Under the pieces are notes generated by a model. The model was given only the letters and a program-made list of their open reading frames with translations. It ran no database searches and was not told where the DNA came from. Made by a program: the position numbers and the translations under genes. Shown one piece after another: positions 1 through 14,100 of a DNA stretch of 64,000 nt (its first letter is position 1; each line of letters begins with the position of its first letter). This stretch comes from Batkoa obscura. Lineage: Eukaryota. Location of the stretch: NCBI GenBank assembly GCA_030770535.1, contig JASVEC010000019.1, forward strand, positions 744,001 through 808,000. Reading direction: 5' to 3'.

Positions 1-64
1 AACCATATAGAAAACACCAACACATTGAAATCTCAAAATTAAACTTCTTATATTTTCAACTTTA

Positions 65-1442
65 TTAAATCTTTTTAACAATTTGGACCACATCTTCATC
101 TTTTAAAATGTGTTCTTTACCTACTTTTTGTGGATTATGTTTGACTGAACTACCCCATACTTGAGCACTAAAAAGTTGGTTAATCACTCACACAATTATT
201 TTTAAAAATTTAGAAATTTACTGTCTAAAGCGTTCCAAAATAGCTTTATGAATAGCTAAACAAAAATCTTCAACTGAGCATTTACCGTCCCTTAATACAA
301 CAGGTTCATTATAATCTGGTAATTTACCTTTAGGTTTTGTATATCTAAATGAGAAAATATTATTTACTTTGATATACTTATACAAAAATAAATTCTTACA
401 CCCTAACTAAACTAAGATATTTCCACATCATAGCCAACAACTCATCAAAATTCCATTCATGATGAGCAGAGATAGGAACTGCATGTGGAATTCTGTAAAT
501 GAGATCTAATTCCTCAATAGAAATTTGATCAATTTTATTTAACACATAGATGGCAGGTACGTAAATTCTATTTCCTTCGATGACATCAATCAAATCATCA
601 GCAGTTGCATCACATTTGAAAGAAACATCGGCATTATGAATCTTATATTCTGAAAGGATAGCTTTAACTTGATCCAAATCAAGATAAGATAAAGGTACTG
701 TATTGGTCATATTAATCCCTCCTTTTTCCTTCTTTTTAAAGAAAATATTTGGTGGTTCTTTATTTAATCTTATACCAAAGCCTTCCAATTCTTTTTCAAT
801 AATCGCTTTATGTGATAATGGTTTTAAGACATCCAATACTAAAAAGATTAAGGAACAGGTTCTAGCTACTGCTATAACCTGTTTACCACGACCTTTACCA
901 TCTTTAGCTCCTTCAATAATACCAGGCAAATCTAAAATCTACTTAGTTTTATCAAAACTTTGATTTTAAATATTTGATAATCGAAATTACTTGTATTTTA
1001 GCTCCTTTATATTGAATCACACCTAAAATAAAATGAAAAGGTTAATAATTAATTTAACGTAAATATAAATTGGCTTACCAGGTACGGTTGTCAATGTTGT
1101 AAACTCATAAGCACCCACTTCAGAGTGAGTTCCTGTAAGCTTTGACATAAGTGTCGATTTACCAACAGAAGGAAAGCCAATAAAACCAACTCTAGCAACA
1201 CCGGTCTTTGCTACATCAAAACCAACTAAAAAAATACAATATCAGTTTTTATTGATTTCTTTTTTCTATTGATTTTACTTACCACCAGTACCACCCCCAC
1301 CGCCTGATTTTGGATCAATAAGTTCACGACGAAGCTTGGCTAATTTGGCTTTAAGCGTACCCAGATGGAAAGAAGTAGCTTTATTTTTTTGGGTTCGAGC
1401 CATCTCGAGCTCAATCTCTTTTATCTTATCTACTACCGACAT
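65..1442 (-). CDS. DRG1: Developmentally regulated GTP-binding protein 1 (DRG/OBG family), multi-exon
   Basis: Spliced translation gives [43 protein letters not shown]1 [10 protein letters not shown]2 YEFTT, G3 DLPG, G4 NKID and a C-terminal TGS domain ending [15 protein letters not shown] introns. Confidence 0.95.
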
Positions 1443-1675
1443 CTTCTATAAACTTCTATATTCAATTTATTTTTATTTATTATAAAAAAACAAAATTCAG
1501 AAAAATGTTTAAAGAAGCTCTAAGTCCAAAATAAAACCTTGTTCTGATTGGTTAAAAATGTGAAAAGAATAAAATTGAAAATATAAAAAACTCATTTTAT
1601 TCAACTTTAAAAAAATTCGATTAACAAAAATAAACAACTAAAACTTTAATAAAAACTAATACAATAATTATTAAC

Positions 1676-2574
1676 TTATTCTGACTCTGAAGATGTAGAT
1701 TCGTAATTCTTATTATTACTAATCGCGCTAATTACTACTTTAGGTTTTACTTCCTCTTCTTCATCACTATAATCATCGGGATCTTCTGATGTAAATTCAT
1801 CCATAAAATGACCACCACTTTTGATCTTTTTAATCTTTTTTGGACTAGGAAGAATAGGATTCGAGACAAATTCAAGATCGTCTGATATAGAATCGATATC
1901 TTCTAAAATAAGTATGTTAGTTGTTATTTAATTCAAAAATTAAATAACAATCTTTACCCAAAATTCCAACTTTCTCCTCTTTCTTGTTCTCATTTGTTTT
2001 TCCATTTCCACTTCCACTTTCATCATTCTTTTCAATTTTACTTTCAATTTTAGTATTTTCTAAAACTTTGCCAGTCGTAGGGACAGCTGCCTGTATCTAA
2101 GTTAAAATTAAAATCAACTTTGTATCAGTAAACTGTACTCTACCTCTTGTTTTGGTAACGTCTTAACGACCTTTTTATTACTTTTATTTGATACTATAGA
2201 ACTAGCTTTTGAAGAACTTGATTCCCCACTATCTGATTCAGATTCTTCATAACTTGATTCACTTGAACTAGATATATCTTTAATTTGTCTTTTGGGTGCT
2301 ACTCGAGTATTTATAGCTGCTCTACTACCAGGAGTGTTATTGTTATTGAGATTAACTTGAGGTGATTCATTGATATCAACTGAATTATTATTATTGTTCA
2401 CCACCGCTTGGTTATTGTTATAACTAACTGCATTTTCATTAGCAGCATCTTTATTACTTTCTAAGTTAAAAAAATCTAGGTCATCATCATCATCAGAGCT
2501 TGATAAATCCAATTGAGCTTTAAGTGCTTCATAGCCTTCTTTAATTGAAGATACATTATTATTATTATTATTAC

Positions 2575-2625
<51 letters not shown>

Positions 2626-4394
2626 CATTCACATTCTCTTTTCCTTGTACTTTTTTAATATCTTTAATATCTTTAATCTCTTCAATTTCTTCAAATAATT
2701 CACTATCGTTATCAATTTCTTCCTGTTTATCTTCTTTTATTTCATCTTTGTTTTCATTCTTTGGCAAAATTTCAAACTCTTCCCTTAAATCCATGAGTTC
2801 ATCATCTGAGCTTGAAAAATCAAACTTTAATTTCATTTCTTCGTATTTCTTTTTGATTTCGCCTTCTTCTCCATTTGCTTTCATTTCCAAATTTTCAACC
2901 TCTGATTGCTTTTCAACCTCCACTTCCTGTACTTTCTCTACCTTAGGTTTTCTTCCCCTACTACTTTTAGCCTCTTTAACTTCCTTCATTTGTTTAACAA
3001 CAGGTTTAACACTGGGTTTAATTATTTCAAATTCTTCCTTATGAACAACATTATTAGTACTATTATGACTGTTATTAGTTCTAGCATGATTCCTATTCAT
3101 ACTATTATTATTATTAAATCTCCCACCACCCATTCTACCATTATTTTTAGTTAACATGGTATGTTTTTTGATTACTTCAGCAATAGATTGTTCTGTGTTT
3201 GTATTAGGTAATTTAGGTGGAGATAAAGTAGCCTTAGTTATTCCTCTCCTTGATTTATTTGATAACAGTTTTTTAAATTCATCGGGTATTTTATTTGCTT
3301 TAGCTTTAGTAGTACCTCGCTTAGTTAAAGTTGTTTTTATTGGGGTATTTTTAATAATATTATGATTTTCATGGTTAACTGGAATCGATTTTTTAATTTC
3401 TATTAGTTTAAAAAATTAAAAATTGATCTCTTATTAAACTATTTAATAATCTACCTGGTTTGACTATGTTATTATTTCCTTGATTTACCACTTTCTTTTC
3501 GACTATTTTTTTTACCATTAGTTTATTTCCTAGCTCTTCATTCTTCTCTACTTCATCCGTACTTATTTCATTACCTAGTACCTTTTCCTCTTCACTAATA
3601 ATTTCACCTTCCTCTACTTCCCCATCATCTTCTTTACTATGAACTTCAAAGCTACTTACCCTACCTAACCCACTACCCCCTGTACTACTACCTACAATAA
3701 TTGCTGGGTTTACCTCTAAACTAGGAGGATTATAACGATTATCTTGATAAATTTGGTTCCTATTAGCATAAGTTGTACTATTTTTCATTTGCTTTTGTCT
3801 AAATCGCAAAGTGTAAGCATCCGGAATAGGTTGGATTTCACAACTCTAAATTCAGTAAATGGAATAAAATTCAATTTTAGTGACAAGTGATGTTTAAATA
3901 ATATATTTACTTTGTTGTTTTTAAATATCAAAGAACATTCTTGTAATCGTCGAAAGTCTAATGCTCGTCCATCAAAATGGATGGGTGCAGTCTAAGAGAA
4001 AATTCGAATTAATTTTTTTGAGTGAATTTTAAAAATAATTAGCTACCTCTGGTAAAAAGAAAGTAGCATTAGCATGTTCAGCTTCCACTTTTAATTCACC
4101 TTCACAAGTAGGTGGTGGTTTTTTTTCACCATCGGATTTTTTAACTAATATTGAAAATCGAAAAAAAATCTTTAGTTTCTAGTACTTCTTTTCTGTTCTT
4201 TTTTATTTGGAATATAAAAACTTACAAACTATAGAGATATTTTTTTTACTATTATTTTTAATACTATTCGTTAAGATCACATCTTTGGAACATTCTTTAA
4301 ATCCTTTAAATGAAATTTTAATTATTCCATCCCCACTAAACTGACCATTCGTTTGATCTTTAAACCCTAACATTATCTCAAGTTGCTTATCCAA
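1676..4394 (-). CDS. Probable ELL-associated factor (EAF)-like transcription elongation protein with long acidic/Asn/Ser-rich tail; 5' end uncertain
   Basis: Exons near 3790-4145 read CEGELKVEAEHANATFFLPE/TAPIHFDGRALDFRRLQECSLIFKNN/CEIQPIPDAYTLRFR, resembling the EAF domain. ORFs 3408-3809 and 2114-3157 continue as low-complexity sequence; the last exon ends SESE* at 1676. Confidence 0.5.
2556..2625. repeat. (TTA)n microsatellite encoding poly-Asn on the minus strand
   Basis: Directly visible trinucleotide run. Confidence 0.95.
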
Positions 4395-4618
4395 ATTTTC
4401 AAAATTTTAAAGAGAGAACTTTAATGTGATTAACATAATTAACTAACTTCAACTATAATATAGAATTTTTAATCTTATTGGTTTATTCTTAAATTTCTGT
4501 TTCAGTGCCTCAAATTATTTAAACTTTAGTTGTTTTTTGATAAAAAATTTCAACTAATTTTGTCAATTTAAAAAAATTGAGATTTTTATTATAAAAAAAG
4601 GAGCAAAGTTGTATTTTA

Positions 4619-6765
4619 TTAAGATAATTTGGATGACCAAACATTATTATCATTAGAATCAGGATGATCAGGATGACTTGTATGAGTATGCCCAGTATGA
4701 TGATTATGAATGCCATCATGATTGTGATGATTATGATGATTGTGCTGACGTTCTCTACTATAATGGCTCTGAGTACTATGAATACTATGAACACTACCTC
4801 TATCGTCTACTACTCCCACCTTAGTTCCAGGATCCACATGAATAACTTCAATATTAGAACGATTGGATCCACTTTCAATATCTTTATGCTCACTAATTTC
4901 ATCTCCTTCATTATCTCCGGAGAAATCCAATGTAACTACAGGGAATGAAGATTCTTGTACTTCGTACGAATTACTAGAACGAACACTATCACCATTTTCT
5001 CTGGTTCTATTTGTACCTTCGATTACCGTGTTTTGATCTGATGGTGGTACTAATATAATATCTTGGCCAGGTTTAATAATAGGCAATCTACTGACTACGT
5101 TCATTGCGGAAGAAGCAGTTAAAGATCTTGACCTAGTAGATACATGCTTACCAATATAAAATAATGGAATAGTAATACCATGAACAATAACGGAAGTTAA
5201 TACTAAAAATGTAACAATCGGATAAACATAAGGCCGAACTTGTTCTAATTTTTCAATTTTACTTGGATCCGAAGTTGGATCTTTTATAAATTCATCAATT
5301 AGATTATTAGTTAATACGGATAAAAAGATAGCACCAACACCAATTGGACCAAACCATCCTGCAAAAATAGCTTGTCGCCAATTTCTTATTGCTGGTGTAA
5401 ATTTACCAAAGACTAGCATAGCTGGTAAGCGTCGTAATAAAATTATTAGTAGTCCTATTACTACTAAATTGCCATAATTTAAACCTTCAATTGGAGAAGT
5501 ATAATCATCCCATGGGATACTAGCGCCAAGAAATATAAAATAAGCATAATTGAAGATCATATCAACAACTTCTTGTAAATGAGCTTCTCGAGTTTCATTT
5601 GAAAACCAATTGCTATATTAAATTTAATACAATTAATAAACATATTTATGATAATTATTCTAGTGCAAACCTACTCCCAAGCAAAAGCATTACCCGCTAC
5701 AAAACAAGCTAGGATATCATCTGTACCCAAAAGCCCTAATACTCCAACTAAAAATAAAGCTAAAGCAATCCAAAAGGCCAAAAAAGATTCTTTATCAATT
5801 AAATCATATTTTTCAGCCAAATAAATTAATTTTCGAAATATAAAACCAGCTACAATTCCAATAACTATAGCTAATAATATTTGATAAATCCATACTAACA
5901 CTATCCATTTAGAGATAACAGTTGATAAGGAATCAAATTGTAATAAATATAAAGCTAGATACATATACGGTAAACCAAGGCCTATAGAAGAATATTATTA
6001 ATTTATAAGACCTATTAGTATTATTTCTATTGATTTGTTCTTTTACTTACCATCATTAGCGCCACTAAATAAAATAAAATAAAAACATCAATATATATAT
6101 ATATATATATATAATTTATTTACCTTTCAGCAGATAATATATCTCGAACGTTAATAGGAATATGTTGTTCTGCAAATCTACCTTTAACAACAGAATTAGC
6201 TAATACAGGATCAGTAGGTGTAACGGAGGCAGCAATTAACAATGCTTGTACATAATTGATGGGTAATAAAGCATATAATATAGCTCCACTTATTAGCCAC
6301 ATAGCTAACATAGTGGGTCCTAATAACATTAATAAAGAGCGAAATTCATTCCATACATAAGCTCTATAAAAAGAAGGTTAATAAATTAGAAATCGATAAA
6401 TACTAAAATTCAAATTTCATTACTTTGGCATAGAAACGCCAGCCGCCATAACCTAAAAAAATAATCATCAGTATTAAACCTAAAAATACATTCTGCTAAA
6501 TTCAGTTATTTACTTGAATAGCGATTGCAAACTTAGATAATTCTAAGGTTATACTTGAATGATCATTCAAACTTAATGGATCAAATAAATTTAATACTTT
6601 TGGTCCAACTATAATCCCAAATAATAAAGCTACTAATGCATCCGATAAAAATAATTTTTCTTTAATGAATAAAGATACTAGACCAAAAAAGATAATAAAG
6701 CCACCAATTAAGGCACTGACTAAGTAGATTAATTCGGGATGAAGATGGATAACGAAATCAGACAT
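4619..6765 (-). CDS. NHA1: Plasma-membrane Na+(K+)/H+ antiporter, fungal Nha1/Sod2 (CPA1) family, multi-exon
   Basis: Motifs TPTDPVLANSVVKGRFA, ESGANDGLG (via microexon), GTDDILACFVAGNAF, LLRRLPA, GWFGPIGVGA, SVIVHG; many hydrophobic segments. Confidence 0.92.
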
Positions 6766-8143
6766 TGAGGAATAGAGTTATTGAATCGATTTATATTTTT
6801 AAATTGAATTATAAATGTTGTATCGTATTGAAAATTAATTATTTTATTTATATATGAATTCAAATTAAAGTGTTATAAATTCACTTAAAAATCATGAATG
6901 TATTTTTTAAAAAGTTAAAAAAGAGTGGATTTTTTTATAACTATTTGTTATTTAATAAAGTAATTGTTTGTGTTGATAAAAATTAAGAAATTTTCAAATT
7001 AATTTAGAGAATAAAAGAATTTGTTGATAAATATTCTTACTTTAATAACTATTAAGTGATCATTGAGAGCAATTGATTGGTCCATATCTTCACTTGTTGT
7101 GTAATGTTGAATTTTCAAATTCAAAATTGAATCTTTAAAAAAAAATCAAGAGTACCCTATGTCAACAAGTGGTTTCTTTAAAAGAAAGAGTAAAAATAAT
7201 ACAATCCATGATACAAATAAGAGAAATATTACATTCAAGAATAAGAGAAGAGGATGGTATAATAACGGGTTGACAGTTCACATTCAATTTCCTCTATTTT
7301 TTTAAAAAATTCATTTTCATTTTTATGCTTAACTTTGTTCTTATGAATTAATTTAAATTAAATCCAATTTTCAAGAATTATTAAAATATGATGTGAAGAT
7401 TACAATACTAGTAATAATGAGTTAGTAAGATCTCAAAGTACTAGTACCATTTGACTGTGTCATTTTACTGAAGCTATACAATATGTAATAGCATATGGAA
7501 CTTTAATATATTAGTAGGGGTATTAGAAACAATCTTTAAGCTTTATTTTTGAAATCTAGGTCTAAAAAAAATAACTCAATTTAAATTAAACTTCTCCATC
7601 TTGGCTCTACAAAAAAAGCATTTATAGTAATTAAATCATTGAATAATTAGTTCTAAATTAATGCCTTTTTTGAAACTCATTACTAATATCTATTATACTA
7701 ATATAACTAATAATGTACATGTTTCTAATATTGGCTGCATATTACTCTTTTATGATGGAAAACAATAGTAAATTGTTTTAGGGACCCAAAATAGTATAAA
7801 TAAACTAAAAAACACCAAATAAATATATTTATTTCATTTTTTTCAACATATTAAAAATATATAATTTACTCAGCTATTAAAAATAAAATTTATTTGAATG
7901 ACATTGGAGTTGCCCAAATTTAATTCAAAATTTCCAGCCATAAAAATTCAAAAATAGTCACGTCAATCTTGTTCATCTAAAAATTCATTTTTAAAAATAA
8001 TATTATGAATATCCAAATCAATTCAAAATTAATATCCATTATAAATTATTCAATATAAAGTGTAATAGCGATAATAAATTCATTATTATTATTTTATTTC
8101 TTTTTATTTTTATTGATTATTGAAATAATAATAGAATATTACA

Positions 8144-10453
8144 ATGCAATTGTTTTATTTTTTATTTACTTTTATACTGGTTATAAAAGCTCAATCTCCT
8201 TCTACAACTACCACCACTAATATCAATGAATATTTTTATGAACATTTAATCAAGAAATTTTCGGGTCAAACAAATATTATACCCAATAATTATGGACCCA
8301 AACCAATTGTTAATATGAAGGTAACATGTGATATGAATGACATACGTACTATAGAAACAATCAATTCAATGAATACTAATATTATACTAAATATCAATGA
8401 ACCACCTGTATTTGGATTAAAATTCATTGATAACAATCAAAAGATTATTGTTAATAGAGAAAGCAATGGAAAATATACAATCATTTTATTAGATTATTTT
8501 AATTTAAAATTGGAAGCCATTTATTCAACAACAGCAGCAAGTAGTAATTCAGGACAATCTCAAGGACAAAATTCAAAGGTTGATTTTCTTAGTTTTAAAG
8601 GGAAAACAGGAATGTTACAATTTAAATTACAATCTAATTTAATTAAATATCAAAAATTAGCTAATAATTTTATACAATTATTATTTAATAATGTTAAATT
8701 ATCAGGACCTATGGGATTATTTGAATTTCAAACATTACCTGATAATCAAGTATTAATTACTATTCAAGAAGTATCCTTAATTTCAATTGAACATTATAAA
8801 CCTACAATTGATTTAATTAAATTACAAAAAGAAGGAATTAAAAATTATGAATTTTCAATTAACTTTGAAGAGTTTACTTTAGAACCTTTACAAAATAATC
8901 AAATTAAAATTATCATTAATGAATTACAATTAATATCATTAAAATCATTAATTGATATTCAAACTATTAAAGAACAAGTTAATATTAAAATTGAAAATTT
9001 ACAATTAATTAAAATATTACCTTTCGATTTAAAATCCGAAATTATACAACCCAATGGTTTATTAAATCCATTCTATTTAACTAAATTTAATGGTTTATTA
9101 CAATTTTATTTTAATGATCCATCTGTTATTAATATTATTAATACAAATAACAATTTATTAATATTAAATATTGCAGGTTATGAATTTAAATCAATTCAAA
9201 GTAATATGGGTTTAATTAAAGGAAACAAAAATCAATTAATATTATATATTAAAAATAGTCAAAATATTCAACTTCGATTAATAAATGATAATAATAAATA
9301 TAATAATTTAAAATTTAAAGGAATATTAAATATTCAAAATAATACACCTGATACATTAAATGGAAACTATAATTTTATTGGATTTAATTATGGATTTAAT
9401 GAAGAAAAGGAAATTAAAGATGATCAATCTAAAGAAGACAAAGAAAACAAACAAGATAAAGAAAATAAACAAGATAAAGAAGATATAAATAATGAATCTA
9501 AACAAGAAAAGAAACCAAACGTAGAAGAAAAACCTTCAGAGATAATAGAGAAGCCAAAACAAGAAATGACATTACCTCCAGCTAAAGCTATTAATGCTGA
9601 AGAAAATAATCCAGTAGAAGTTTATGATTTAACTAAAATGGATTTAAATAAGTTAAAATTATTTAATACAACAATACAATTAGAAGTGGAAGATAAAAAT
9701 AATTTTAAAAAGAAAACTAAAGGAGATCAAATTATATTAATTGTAAATGAACATCAAATTGTTGGTAATAAAGATAACATTTCAGTATCAGAAGATCGAA
9801 ATAAATTCATTATTGAAATTAAATATCCTTTATTATTAAAGATTGAAGATATAAAGGAAGAAAAGGAAGAAACTAAAAAGAAACCAAATAAACCAAAAGA
9901 TAAGCCATTAAAAGAAGAAAAAGAAAAAGAAGAAATAGAAACATTAACAGATATTGATTTTGAAGAATTAATTCCATGTGATTTATATGATTTTAATTTG
10001 TTTGATAAAAAAAGACAACCAGCTATTGTACGATATGTAGGAAGTATACAACAAACTCATTATAATACAATTACTAATCTAATTTTTTGCAATAAGAGAA
10101 TTACATTGAACAAAAAAGATTATAAATTGATGAAATATAATTCCACTATTAATTTAATTCAATTTAATAAACCTAATGAAATGAATTATGTACCTCAAGA
10201 TGAAGATTATAATAGTAATATTATGGAAGATGAGTTAAGTAAATTAAATGATTATTTAATTCCAATTGAGATTAAAATATTAGAAGAAATAGAAAAGATT
10301 CAACATTCTATTAAAGATGGCCAGACGGAAATTCAATTATTAGGTTATCAATTAATTGGTTCTGAAGAAAATTTATTTTTAGACAAAAGAAGTGAAAATG
10401 ATATTAGAATATTAATTAATGATCCTGCTGGAATATTAATTAATAAATTATAA
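8144..10453 (+). CDS. Secreted/surface protein of unknown function, 769 aa, with degenerate internal repeats
   Basis: Long intronless ORF, signal peptide-like N-terminus MQLFYFLFTFILVIKA, no family recognised. Confidence 0.75.
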   Translation: MQLFYFLFTFILVIKAQSPSTTTTTNINEYFYEHLIKKFSGQTNIIPNNYGPKPIVNMKVTCDMNDIRTIETINSMNTNIILNINEPPVFGLKFIDNNQKIIVNRESNGKYTIILLDYFNLKLEAIYSTTAASSNSGQSQGQNSKVDFLSFKGKTGMLQFKLQSNLIKYQKLANNFIQLLFNNVKLSGPMGLFEFQTLPDNQVLITIQEVSLISIEHYKPTIDLIKLQKEGIKNYEFSINFEEFTLEPLQNNQIKIIINELQLISLKSLIDIQTIKEQVNIKIENLQLIKILPFDLKSEIIQPNGLLNPFYLTKFNGLLQFYFNDPSVINIINTNNNLLILNIAGYEFKSIQSNMGLIKGNKNQLILYIKNSQNIQLRLINDNNKYNNLKFKGILNIQNNTPDTLNGNYNFIGFNYGFNEEKEIKDDQSKEDKENKQDKENKQDKEDINNESKQEKKPNVEEKPSEIIEKPKQEMTLPPAKAINAEENNPVEVYDLTKMDLNKLKLFNTTIQLEVEDKNNFKKKTKGDQIILIVNEHQIVGNKDNISVSEDRNKFIIEIKYPLLLKIEDIKEEKEETKKKPNKPKDKPLKEEKEKEEIETLTDIDFEELIPCDLYDFNLFDKKRQPAIVRYVGSIQQTHYNTITNLIFCNKRITLNKKDYKLMKYNSTINLIQFNKPNEMNYVPQDEDYNSNIMEDELSKLNDYLIPIEIKILEEIEKIQHSIKDGQTEIQLLGYQLIGSEENLFLDKRSENDIRILINDPAGILINKL

Positions 10454-10495
10454 TAAGTAATATATTATATTATATTATATTATATTATATTATAT

Positions 10496-12514
10496 TTAAA
10501 TAAATTGTTTAACTTTACTAAATATTCTCTTTAAACTATTATCTTTAATATTCTCTTTTTTATTTTTATTATTTAATTTTTGTTCAGTTGATTCTACTAA
10601 TTTACCAATCCATTGTAAATCTTGTTCTGTTGCTTTTTTAGTAATAACCATTTTATTATTATTATTATTATTATTAATATTTTGATGATTATGATTAACT
10701 GTTTTACTTTTACTTAATGGATGAAATTGTTTATTATTAATAGTTTTACTTTTACTTAAATTATGTAATTGAATTTCATTTGTTAATTTTGGATTTTTAA
10801 TATTTGTATTGTTTACGGGAATTGGTAAATAATTACTATTATTACGTAACAAAGTTAAATTATTAGCATTCTTATTAGTACTATTATTGATTCCATTATT
10901 ATTCCCAATAGGATTTCCGTTAACTACTTTAATCACCTTAACTTCTTTAACTTCCTTTTTCAAATTTATATTCTCAATTGAACTTATTTCATTTCCAACA
11001 TATAATATGTTTTTATTACAACTACTTTGGCGGTTTTGTTTCCTATTACTAGCCAATTGTTTATTAATAAAGTTCACTTCTTCTTTAACAATTAACTTAG
11101 ATCTTAATTGCATAACTTTCGGTTCTTTATTAATTAATACATCTAATCTTTGATGAATATTTGTTTGACTTGGTATTTTTTGAATTTGTCCATTTAATTT
11201 TTTTAGTACATCAGGATCAGGGATCATTCGATTTGGGCTTATATTTATTTGATTATTATTGTTATTATAATGATTTTCATTTTTACTTTCATTTACTGTT
11301 AAATTACTATGATTGACACTGTTATCAATTGTCGTATTAATTTTATCTATAATCTCTGAATTTTCACTGGACATAGAATCATTTAAATTAATAATTTGAA
11401 ACCCTTGGAGCTCTTCTCGAACCTTTAAAATATCGGAATCTCTTGGCGTTAATGTAAATTTTTTATCATTAACACCCATTCCACTACCTTCCATTTCACA
11501 AACAGAATGTAAAGTCATAGATACTCTTTTACCAATTGATAAGATAGAATGTAATTTATATGAATCAAAGGAATCTTCTTCGTCTGATAAATTAGATAAT
11601 TCAAATCGAATATTAGGTTGTGATAAACTACGACGTAAACCTTTGAGATGCGTGGGAGATACTTGAAATTCAGTTGGTGGTAGAGGAAATTGATTTAATA
11701 CACTATCATTGGAATTCATACTATTAACTGTACTAGTACTTAATTTACGTATGGATTGAGGTTTATTGATAATTGGCTGTTTTAAATCCATAATTTGATC
11801 TTTTATTTCATGCTCATGTTCATTTTCCAAATCACTCATTAATTCTTGAATTGTTTCACTACTTTCAGAACCTGCCTTATTAATAGTAGTTTTATCTTTC
11901 ATTTGTTCTACTTTGTTTATTTTATTATTTTTCATATTCTCTTCTTTATTATCAACTAATACTGGTGGTGGTGGTGGAAGCATAGAAATAAGAGCTGTTC
12001 TAGGTTCAGATGATTTTCTAGATAGAATAGGAGGATCCATTAAAGGTGGAGAAGGGATAGAAGACATTGTAGTATTAAAAGAAAGTTCTTCTCTTATAGC
12101 ATTGGTTGGAGACATGGTCATTTCTTTTACATCTTCATGAAGAGTATTATTGATAGAATCATTAATATTCATAGTAATGATCTCTTCTTTTTTAGGTGAA
12201 TTATCTGGATTCATTAATTTTAATTGACCTTGTCCACCTTTTCGAGTTTTGTATTCATTTTTTAATTTACTCTGTAATATTCTTTTATTTAAGGTACTTC
12301 GTTTACTGATTCTTTTCACTCCTTTGATTGAATTTTGTTCGGATGTTATAGGACTATTATTTCGATTAATTAATTTAAAATTAGAAATTGGTAACGATAA
12401 TGGTGGTGGTGTTGGTTTATTCAATTTTTTAATTATGTTATTCTTAGATTGATAACGTAGTTTAAATTCAGATGAATGATGTGCCAATTTATTACTTGAA
12501 GTAATAGTTGATGA

Positions 12515-12566
<52 letters not shown>

Positions 12567-13279
12567 CCACCAGTTAATATTTGTAAAGCATTTGCTTGTT
12601 CTTTAATGGTATTGAGTTTATTCATATCAGGTACATTCATTGGAATAGGTGAACTTAAACCCCTTTCTCTGACTTTAATATCAAATAAACTAGGAGATGG
12701 TAAAGGGGGAATTGAAATTCTAATACGTTGACCAATATCTACTGGTGGTAAAAAAGAAAACTCCTCTTTTTTAATAGCTTCATAATTTAAATTTAAATCT
12801 AATTTATATTCAAAACTATTATTCATTAATTTACTTATTGTACTATTATTATTATCCTTGACTATTTCTACTTCCCTATCAAAGTTTAAGTTTAATAGTC
12901 CATTTCCTAAAGTATCTGAAGCTCGAACTTCTTCTTTACGAGATGCTTTAACAGCAGGTAAATTATTGAATGCATTTTGATTAGTTAACATTTCATTAAA
13001 TCCATCTTCAATAAATTTACTTAGATCCGAACAAGTACCTCTAGGTATTGAAGGTAATGGGGAGTTACTGTTAGAAGCATTAAGTATAGTTGAAGTAGCT
13101 AATACTTTTTGTATATTATTATTACAGATATCATAACCTTCAACAGAAGGTGGTAATTTCTTAACATTACTACTCATCATGATTCGACTTTGTCGTTTCT
13201 TTTTGAACATACTTTTTTTATTAAATAAGTATTTGATTGTACTACTTCCCTTCCTTTCAATGTAACTAGTGTCACTCAT
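10496..13279 (-). CDS. Hypothetical low-complexity protein (Asn/Ser/Pro-rich), 927 aa
   Basis: Long intronless ORF with poly-Asn and poly-Pro tracts; no domain recognised. Confidence 0.75.
12515..12564. repeat. (TTA)n microsatellite, poly-Asn
   Basis: Directly visible. Confidence 0.95.
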
Positions 13280-14100
13280 GACTATTGAATATATATTAAT
13301 TGATTATAAAATTTAAAATAAAAAGTATTAAAGTTAAAAAATGAGTTTCATTACAATTGACCTCATATTTATATTTATCTTATTTTTTGATCATTTTTTA
13401 TTAGATATATTAATTATCTTTCTTGGGTTCTTTTCCGCTAATTTAATTGATGATATAAACTTAAGGGTAGAAATTGTTTGATGTTAATTTATGTTTTAGA
13501 GGCTCATTTTAAGATCAAATACGTTTCCAACCAATCATTTCATAGAATTTCTTGAATCTTGAATTTTGAAATATTTTAAATATTTTATATTAAATTAAGT
13601 GGTAATTTATAATAAGAATTAATAAGTTGAATATTATTCTAATAAGCTCATAAAACATATGAATAAATAATTAAAGATAAGAAGAAGTTCATTTATTGAA
13701 GATTATTGATCATTTTTTAAAAGTTAAATGATTTATGCTTCTAATTAAAACTAATCTTTTAGTTAATATATTAGCAATTTTTATGTGGATGACAAAATAA
13801 CGACTTTTATATTCTAATATTCATATAAAGAAATACAATTTTTATATTTATATTTATAAGCTAGTAACTTATATGCTGAGAAATTAATTTCAACTTAATC
13901 ATTTTTTTGTGGTTTTATAAACACTTAAAGCATACAATCATATTTAATAAAAACGAATACAAACTATCCTTTATCAATTATAATTAAAGAGCAAACATTA
14001 TAAATAAACAATCTATTATTTCAAATAAACAATTCATTATGAATTTAAAAAAATAAATAAAACTATATATAATTAACTTGTTTATTCCATTTACATTAAA

